DNA of 64,000 nt from the human T2T-CHM13v2.0 reference genome, Homo sapiens: NCBI RefSeq assembly GCF_009914755.1, contig NC_060936.1; one strand, 5' to 3'. Shown here piece by piece: positions 55,607-64,000 of this stretch. The translations under genes were made by a program, and so were the position numbers. The notes under the pieces were generated by a model. That model was not told the DNA's origin. It saw only the letters and a list, made by a program, of their open reading frames with translations, and made no database searches. The stretch's first letter is position 1. Every line of letters starts with the position of its first letter.

Positions 55607-56454
55607 TTTTTTTAACTTTTATTTTAAGTTCAGGGATACAAGTGCAGGTTTGTTACACAGGTAAAATTGTGTTATGGGGAATTGTTGTACAGATTATTTC
55701 ATCACTCAGGTATTAAGCCTTGTTATTTTTCCTGATCCTCACACTCCTCCCACCCTCCGCCCTCCAGTAGGCCCCAGTGTGTGTTGTTCCCCACTATGTG
55801 TCCATGTGTTCTCACAATTTAGCTCCTACTTATAAGTGAGAATATGTGGTATTTGGCTTTATGTTCCTGGGTTAGTTTGCTAAGGATAATGCCCCCAGCT
55901 CTATCCATGCCCCTGCAAAGAACATTATCTCATTCATTTTTATGGCTGCATAGCATTCCATGCTGTATATGTTCCATATTTTTTTAATCCAGTCTATTAT
56001 TGATGGACATTTAGGTTGATTCCAAATAGTGATTCCACTATTTAGGTTGAATAGTGCTACAGTGAACATGCACGTGCACGTGTCTTTATAATAGAATGAT
56101 TTTAATAGGATTAAAATTTACAGGAAACTAACAAACAACTCCATAAAAAAGTGGGGAAACCACATAAACAGACACTTTTCAAAAGAAGACATACATGCCA
56201 CCAACAGTCATATGAAAAAAAGCTCAACATCATGAACTTTAGAGAAATGCAAATCAAAACCACAATGAGATATTATATTAACACCAGTCAGAATGGTTAT
56301 TACTGAAAAGTCAAAAAATAACAGATTCTGAAGAGGTTGTGGAGAAAAAGGAATGCTTATATACTGTTGGTGGGGGTGCAAATTAGTTCAGCCATTGTGG
56401 AAGACAGTGTGGTGATTCCTCAAAGACCTAAAGACAGAAATACCATTCAACTTA
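55607..56454 (-). mobile_element. L1PA13-16-like insertion with 5' inversion (minus 55607-56103, plus ~56115-56454)
   Basis: Reverse 3' UTR joined to a sense-strand ORF2 segment; TSD gacagtacgtgggttc / gaaagtatttgggttc. Confidence 0.93.
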
Positions 56455-56590
56455 GAAAGTATTTGGGTTCCAAAAGAAACGTCTCATTAAAATAAAATAG
56501 CAGTAATTTTGTCCCATATAAAATATTAAGTAAACTAAATTTGAAAAAATTGCTGATTTTATAAGTTTGATAAGGAAAAATAACATAGAC

Positions 56591-56969
56591 TATATTCATT
56601 TGCTGGGGCTGTCATTACAAAATACCACAGACTGAGTGGTTTAAAGAACAGAAATTTATTTTCTGATAGTTCTGGAGGCCAGAATTCCAAGATCGAGGTG
56701 TTGGTAGGTTTGGTTTCTCTCTCCTTGGCTTGCAGATGGCCATTTTCTCACGTTAGGTGCTTTTCTCTGTGTGCGTACCTTTCTAGTGTCACTCTGTAAA
56801 TCCTATTCTACTCTTCTTTCCACTCTCCAATAAGATTGAATTGGGATCCATCCTAACAACCTTATTTTAACTTAATTAAAGTCCTATCTCTGAATACAAT
56901 CATAGTCTGAGGTACTGGGAGTCAGGCTTCTTTGTATAAATTTTGAGAGAATACAATTTAGTCCGAAAA
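56591..56969 (-). mobile_element. MLT1A0/MLT1B-like MaLR LTR
   Basis: ggggctgtcattacaaaataccacagactgagtggtttaaagaacagaaatttatt...gttctggaggccag...tctgaggtactggg. Confidence 0.9.
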
Positions 56970-57269
56970 ATATACACATACCGAAATAAAATTTTAAAAG
57001 CCTAAATCTTGGAGGTAAAAAAACCTGTGTCAAAATATTCATTCAACTTTCTTGCTTACTGATTTGAAGCTATTTAAACATACAAAGCCTTAGATATATG
57101 ATTGGATTAAAGTATATGTGATTGGATAAAAGCTGTTAATATTATTATGGAAGTTCCCCCTGAGTTCCACCTGCTCTACAATAAAAAACCTGTTCTTGGC
57201 AGATTTCAGCTATTTTATCGCCATGTAAACTTTACCCTCCTATGGCCCCAGATGGGATTGTCTTTGCCA

Positions 57270-57480
57270 AATGAGTTACTGGATTTCTCACATATAAAAT
57301 AAGAACTATAATAGTACCTACTGCATAGGGTGGTTATGAAGATTAAACAATTACTATTGTGACTACTAAATACTATATGTATATTGCATGTGTAATATAT
57401 ACATAATATACACATAAAGTGCATGTCCTAGAACTTGGTGCATAGTGAGGTTGCATTAAGGTATTGCTACTTTTATTATA
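57270..57480 (+). mobile_element. MIR fragment
   Basis: atataaaataagaactataatagtacctactgcatagggtggttatgaagattaaa. Confidence 0.65.
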
Positions 57481-57634
57481 ACTTGTCTTTACTACAAATA
57501 TCTGTTTACTACAACTACTACTAGTATTATTATTTAATTACTGCTATTACTATTACCATACTTCTGTTGTTACTATTTTTTCCAAAACTACTGATCTTTC
57601 TAAAATGCAGACTGGAAAAATGTCACTCCCCTGA

Positions 57635-57988
<354 letters not shown>

Positions 57989-58109
57989 AAGCCCACTCTT
58001 TTATAGAGCCCATAATTTCCTGCAGATTGTAAACCTGATGAGCTTTATCTCTAACAATGTCAAACCTCCCACAATGCACCCACATAAATAATATTTCAAT
58101 TCCATTTAC

Positions 58110-58940
58110 AACAAAAGTACTTATTGCTTGACTCTCTACTATGATAGACACAATTCTCTGAGCACAGGAGATATAGTTGTGGGCAAAATAGTCAGGATCC
58201 CTACACTCAGGAAAAAGAGATTGTGGAAACAGATAACAAATAAGCAACCATATAAAAATACTTTCAATTTGTGAAAAGCACTTTGAGGAAAAGCAAACAG
58301 AAGTACATGAGAAAGACTGAATGGTTAACAGCTTGGGGTAGGTTGGTTGAGAAAGGTTGCTCTGAGGAAGTGACATTTAAGGTGATACTTGAATGAAGAA
58401 AATAAGTGAGATTGAACATTCCAGGCAGAGGGAGCAACACATGAGAAAGATCTAAGGTGAGATCTAATTTAGTGAATTCATGCAACTGACAAAAAGGTAG
58501 AGTGACCAGGCCCTAGGGATCACAATTGAGAGAACTGTTGGAAGCGGCTAGTTCCTTCAAAAACTTGGGAGCAGCTAGATCCTTCAGGATCCAGCCTGCA
58601 TTAAAGAACTTAATAAACTTTCAACTTAAAGAACTTTAATGCAGGATCTAGCCTGCATTAAAGAACTTGGCTTTTAGTATAACTAAAACATTTATCCTTT
58701 TAGTATAACTGAAAGGAAGCCATTAGTATAACTATAGGAAGCCATTAAGCAAACTTGGACAGGATAAAACAAATCTGAATTATATTTCCATAAGGCAACT
58801 CCAACTGTTTTATTCATAATTGATTGGAAGAGTACAGTCATGGAGACCAGGTAGGGGGTGATAATGATAGTCTAGATGAGGAGTGACAGTTGCCTTGAGG
58901 AGGGTGGTAGCAGTGGAGATAATGGAGAAGTGGACAGTTT
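58110..58940 (-). mobile_element. L2 fragment
   Basis: ctctgaggaagtgacatttaagg...aacattccaggcagagggagcaacacatg...gggtggtagcagtggagat...gagaagtggacag. Confidence 0.8.
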
Positions 58941-60076
58941 CTTATGACATATATTTACTTTTACAATTATTGTGTGTCATTTGTGTAATGTGGGTGTTTT
59001 TATTTTTCTACTGAATTTGATCAACAACTCATGCCTAGGGTTTCCAGAATTTTATGAAGAGAATAAACATATTAAGTTAATAATGACTGAACTAACAATA
59101 GAGAATGAGAATGATATATAGGTTACTAAACTAACTGAAGCATAAACATGAGAAAGACTGAATGAAGCTGCAAGGAAAGCTCTCATCTATTCCTTTGCAT
59201 TATCTTCCTCATCAAGAAAGCAGTTAAATTTAGCCTGGAGAAAAACTTTCTTCTTTCAGAAAAAAAACTTTTTTCAGAAGTAAAGACTGGTCTGAGAGTC
59301 AAATAAGCCTTCCAAATAGAAGTTGTTTAACATTAAAGTGGCTGCTTACTCATTCTTAGTCTAATTTTTTCATCAATAAAATACATATTTTTAATTATTG
59401 AAAGCCTGCTATAAGAACTCAGTTCAATAACACATAAATGGTTTTGCACAGAGCCTGCCACATAGTTGTCCATCAATAAAAGTGGCTCCTTTCATTGTGA
59501 ACTTATCAAGGTCCCTGTTTTCCTCTTCCACACAATTACTGCAGATTCTTCTCTGTGTTTCATCCTTTTTTCATCCATTGCCATACTGAGCTAGAATATC
59601 ACTCCCTTTGCAATAGTTTTAATTGCAAGGAACAGAAACACATTCATGTTCCTTCAATTCAAAAAAAAAATTGTTATTGTTGTTATTGTTTCCCTTAAAA
59701 TAAAATGCTAAAATTAAACTCACTGGAATCAGGAAAAGCTATCCTGCCAGACATGATGCAAGGAACAGAAACAAGTATAGTGAGATTGGAGGAAACTGGC
59801 ATATAGTTCAAAAACAAGATCACTCAGGACCAAGATGGTTCTGGGGACTGGTTTCTAGCCTTGTCTATTAGAAGCCACTGCTTGTTAATCCGTGTACTAG
59901 TAATCTCTCCATAATAGTGACTCAGTTCCAACCAATGTGCGGTATTTTCATTATTCCTATAAACCACACACCTCCTCTGTATTATAAAAGTCTTTCAAAA
60001 GGCACTCTTCACAGCTTCTGCTTACTTATGAGCATTTTTACTTTTTGGCATCTGCAAATTGGCACTGTTCATTACG

Positions 60077-60228
60077 TTTCTGCCTGTATTAGTGAGTCTC
60101 TTTGCATCTCAAGTTCAAATTACTGAGTTGATCCAGTTAATCACAATCATCTTTATTGAAAAAATCCTCTCATACTAGGACATTCCATGGGACATTACCT
60201 AGCCTATAAATTGGGTACTTTGGAGTCA
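60077..60228 (+). repeat. Source copy of a ~152-bp direct duplication (other copy 61284-61446)
   Basis: tctctttgcatctcaagttcaaattactgagttgatccagttaatcacaatca...ttggagtca occurs twice. Confidence 0.95.
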
Positions 60229-60548
60229 GATATCCTCATCTTATCCAATCAGTTCTTTCCATAATTATGGATCATATGACAAAGTTCATGAACACATATG
60301 TCTAAGGCCAGGCCACCTCCTTCTGCAGGTGTAGTGGATTTGGTAGTTTCTCTCAGAGTCTGTAAATATTCTTAGGTTTAGCCTATTTGTTTTAAGTACA
60401 AAAAAGGTCAGTTTATATATTTACATATACACATGTTCTTAAAGTTCAGTTTAATTTGTTTGTGAACAATATTATAGGTAATCTGAAAGTGTCAACTGCT
60501 GGTTACTTAATATAAAAGTATGGCATATTTCTATTGACATGGCCTCAT

Positions 60549-61110
60549 TTAGAAGCAATCTAAGTGTCCATCAACAGATGAATGGATAAAGAAAATGTGG
60601 TACATATATACAATGGAGTACTATTCAGCCATAAAAGAAGAATGAGATCCATTCATTTTCAACAAACAACATGGATGGAACCAGAATTCATTACGTTTAG
60701 TGAAATAAGCCAGGCACAGAAAGACGAACACTGCATGTTCTCTCTTATCTGTGGAATCTAAAAATCAAAACAAATGAACTCATGGACATAGAGAGTAGAA
60801 GAATGGTTACCAGAGGTTGGGAAAAGCAGTGGGGTGATGGGGCATACATGGGGATGGTTAAAGTGTCAAAAAAAAAAAATGAGTAAGACCTAGTATTTGA
60901 CCGTACAATGGGGTGACTATAGTCAATAATAACTTAACTGTACATTTTAAAATAAAGGGTATAATTGAATTGTTTGCAACTCGATGGATAAATGCTTGAG
61001 GGTATAGACACCCCATTCTTCATGATGTGCTTATTTCTCATTGCATGCCTGTATCAAAACATCTCATGTAGACAATAAATATACTTGCTATGTACACCTC
61101 AAAATTTCTA
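60549..61110 (+). mobile_element. L1MA 3' fragment
   Basis: aagtgtccatcaacagatgaatggataaagaaaatgtggtacat...tgcatgcctgtatcaaaacatctcatgta. Confidence 0.93.
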
Positions 61111-61678
61111 AAGATTACTATATAACTCTTGAAACTATTTGATTTTATGTCTGTATGGCCTCATGAAACTTTATGCATTTCAAGATAAGAGCCATTTTTT
61201 TTTACCCATCCATATACTCCTATGAATGTTTAATATGTTTGTGGTCTATTATGTTTCTTAGTATTTGCTTATAATTCAGCTGTTTTCTGCCCCTATTAGT
61301 GAATCTCTTTGCATCTCAAGTTCAAATTACTGAGTTGATCCAGTTAATCACAATCACAATCATCTTTATTGAAGAAATCCTCTCACACTAGGACATTCCA
61401 TAGGACATTACCTTACCTAGCCTATGAATTGGGAAATTTGGAGTCACACTCTGACACAGAGTCTACCACAGTGTATGGTAAAATTTAAATTATATTGTTT
61501 TGTTTGAGAAATGTAACTTCTATATTGAGTCCAAGCTTTATTGTTTGTCTCCTGCAGGCAGCGTTAACTCCATTCTGCGAAGACTTTCTTCCACAATTGT
61601 TCATTGCTTTATTCCCAATGTTTAGAACAAGACCTGGTAAATGTTAGTTTGGAAATATTTTTGGAATGAAAAGGAAAA

Positions 61679-61702
61679 CACACACACACACACACACACA
61701 CA
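61679..61702. repeat. (CA)12 microsatellite
   Basis: Counted directly. Confidence 0.95.
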
Positions 61703-63569
61703 GTCACCTGTTTAACACTAATAAATATCTTCTGGATCCCTAATTGCTTGTGGGGTAATTTTCAGTTATTTTGTGTCCACTGCCATAAAGGTCAAACCTG
61801 TACATCACAACAGATTGGCAAAGCCAGCTAAGCAGCACTTATTATTTTGTAATATATTTATCTTTACTATACCTTTATCTTTAATAGTAGGTACCCATTC
61901 TGTCAATGAATATAATATATGATACTAAGTAACCTTTCCTTCAAAAATGTCATTAGGCTAATATAGTATTATCACCTGAAAACAATCCATTGGCATTTTC
62001 CTAAATGTAAGTGTAATACATATAGGCTTAACTTTAAAGTACTATAAACTATCTCCTTTTATAAGATACTAGATGTAATTATTCAGGAATTCTTATGATG
62101 TCCTTTAATGATAATATATTCTATAATATACAAAAAGAACATTAAGTATTATGCTTTGAAAAAGCTCAATGAAATCTACACTTGGCCCAAACTGTATAAG
62201 AAATAGAATCTTATGGAAGGAAAAAAAAAAATACCCAAGAGTATATGTGCCAGTATCTCTAATGCAAAAGAAACAAGAAGCTGAAGTGTATTTTAGAAAG
62301 AAAAACAGAAGAATGTGAGTTTGTTGCAAATAAAAGTCTATCATTCAATGATATAACAGCCTATGTTTCCAAGTATTTTACAAGTTTATACAAACTATAT
62401 CTGTTTCCCTATCTGTAGCAGCAAACTTTTCCATCTGGCTACCTTCTATACATGTTGAGAGTACAGTAAAATGACTGAGAGCAGATTCTGGAGGCAGAAG
62501 GTCTTTGTTGGAGGCCAAACTCCAGTCGTTACAAGTTGCATGATTAAACTCCCTAATGCCCGATATCAACCCCCTCTCTTTCTCCATATTCTTCTTCAGA
62601 TAGGTGATAGAAGTTATAAAGTAAAACACTTCCTCTGGACATCTCCCTTGGGGTGTAGCATCAGCATTCCTCATTTCTTCCTTCAAAATTTGTATACCCT
62701 ACATCTTCAACAATATTGAACTAATGCAATTCCACGAATGTATTTTAGAGGAATTTCTAGACAAAGATAAGGCAGTCACCATTAACTCTTCAGGTTACTG
62801 ACTAATTAGTTAGGTTTTGGTTTGTTTTATTTTTTAAGGCATGAATCAGAAGTTCAGAACAGCATGAGACAGACTAGAAGTTTTTTGTTTATTTATAATG
62901 TTCCTTCATTCTGTACTCACAATAACATCAAGTAATTAATTATGAGATATTAGTTGTGTATGTTGTTTTCTCACCTGTTGGTGGGCCTTTTATGTTTCTA
63001 AAAAGTGGATCACCTACTTTTTTTTGAGGGTAGATAGGAAGAGGTTTATCTAGACAAAGCTCCATGATCATTAACTTGTCGTTATGTTACCCTTTGACAA
63101 GGTGACCTCTGTTCCTCTTTTACACCCCAAATGATTTAGAATACAAGAATACTTAATGCTAGTTTCTCACATAGAGATATGAAAACTACCCAACATATAA
63201 AACTACCCAATATTTCTCATAATATAGTAAAATGTGTAAGTGCCATATTACATATCCTGCCTTCCAGTCTTTCCAACTGTTAGAAATTTTATAAATTGTC
63301 TCTTAAGAATGGAATGGCCCATACTATGTGTTCCTATTTTCTCTGGTGCAATTGATCAAGTCTATGTACTGCTGAAGGGAGAAAGCAGTGCCATATGGCA
63401 AATGACCATGATCAGGCCTGTCTGAGGTCCTCTGACTTGTATTTCAGTGACTGTGTACATGTTACTCTCTCTGCTTTGAGTGCCTTGCCTCTTCTTGCTT
63501 CCTTTCTTAATCTGGTTCATCTTCCTTTCTTCATCCTCCAAGCCATGGATAAATTTATTTCTTACATAT

Positions 63570-63930
63570 TTATTTTTATTTTTTACATATCTACACACAA
63601 CTCTGTTGATATTTATTTCAATAGTTTGCACTTGTATAAGCCCCTTGAAGAAAGAAATCGAGCTTAGCACAGGGTTTGTCACATGGTAGATATTTAAATG
63701 TTTGACTGAGTGCATACTTTGATGGTATTGAACCATTCAGCAAGCACATTGCAAAATATATTGTGATCAATGATGAGGAGAAGACACTGAGCTGATAATA
63801 TCGCTGTGTAGATAGTGGTATCTAGTGATAAAATTTTGGATAAGAAATTCTCCACTTACATGAAAATAGATACAGATTCTCCCTTTCTAACAGCCATGGA
63901 AACTTAAACTTTACTGGAGAAGACAATAAT
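63570..63930. mobile_element. Degraded L2 fragments in both orientations
   Basis: agcttagcacagggtttgtcacatggtagatatttaaatgtttgactgagtg (+); cattcagcaagcacattg...ccatggaacttaaactttactggagaagac (-). Confidence 0.5.
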
Positions 63931-64000
63931 TTGTGGCAAAAGGAAAAGGATAAACTAAAGAAGTTTATTTTTCCCCTGGCACATAACGCCCATTACAATT

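Noticed and set aside
60539-61164. atggcctcat on both sides of the L1MA, suggesting a TSD with a ~45-nt 3' transduction
   Set aside because: Only 10 bp, no second poly(A), and the element is old; cannot be separated from chance
62630-62665. Minus-strand peptide LHPKGDVQRK resembling RUVBL1 LPKGDVHKK
   Set aside because: Short match surrounded by stops, with no similarity on either side

Overview
AT-rich, CpG-depleted primate genomic DNA, almost certainly human because it carries intact AluYa5 and AluYg6 copies. It looks intergenic or deep intronic. I see no supportable protein-coding gene, tRNA, rRNA or CRISPR array; the listed ORFs are mostly read-throughs of Alu, L1, LTR or low-complexity DNA. 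Much of the window is recognisable interspersed repeat: L1 of many ages, Alu J/S/Y and monomers, MIR, L2, MaLR/ERVL/ERV1 LTRs, hAT and Tigger DNA transposons, and three MADE1 MITEs. Subfamily names come from my recall of consensus sequences and are approximate. The structure these repeats do not explain is a set of local templated copy events: a ~190-bp inverted duplication centred on an (AT)n tract (8261-8961), two 100-160-bp segments copied 1.2-3.1 kb downstream into old repeats, and two patchwork micro-rearrangements resembling polymerase-theta templated insertions. Also notable are three twin-primed (5'-inverted) L1s, two very young Alus that may be polymorphic (one forming a closely spaced inverted Alu pair), a CpG-retaining motif-dense candidate enhancer at ~34-35 kb, and weak evidence for a minus-strand non-coding transcript. 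I found no convincing new protein-coding system.
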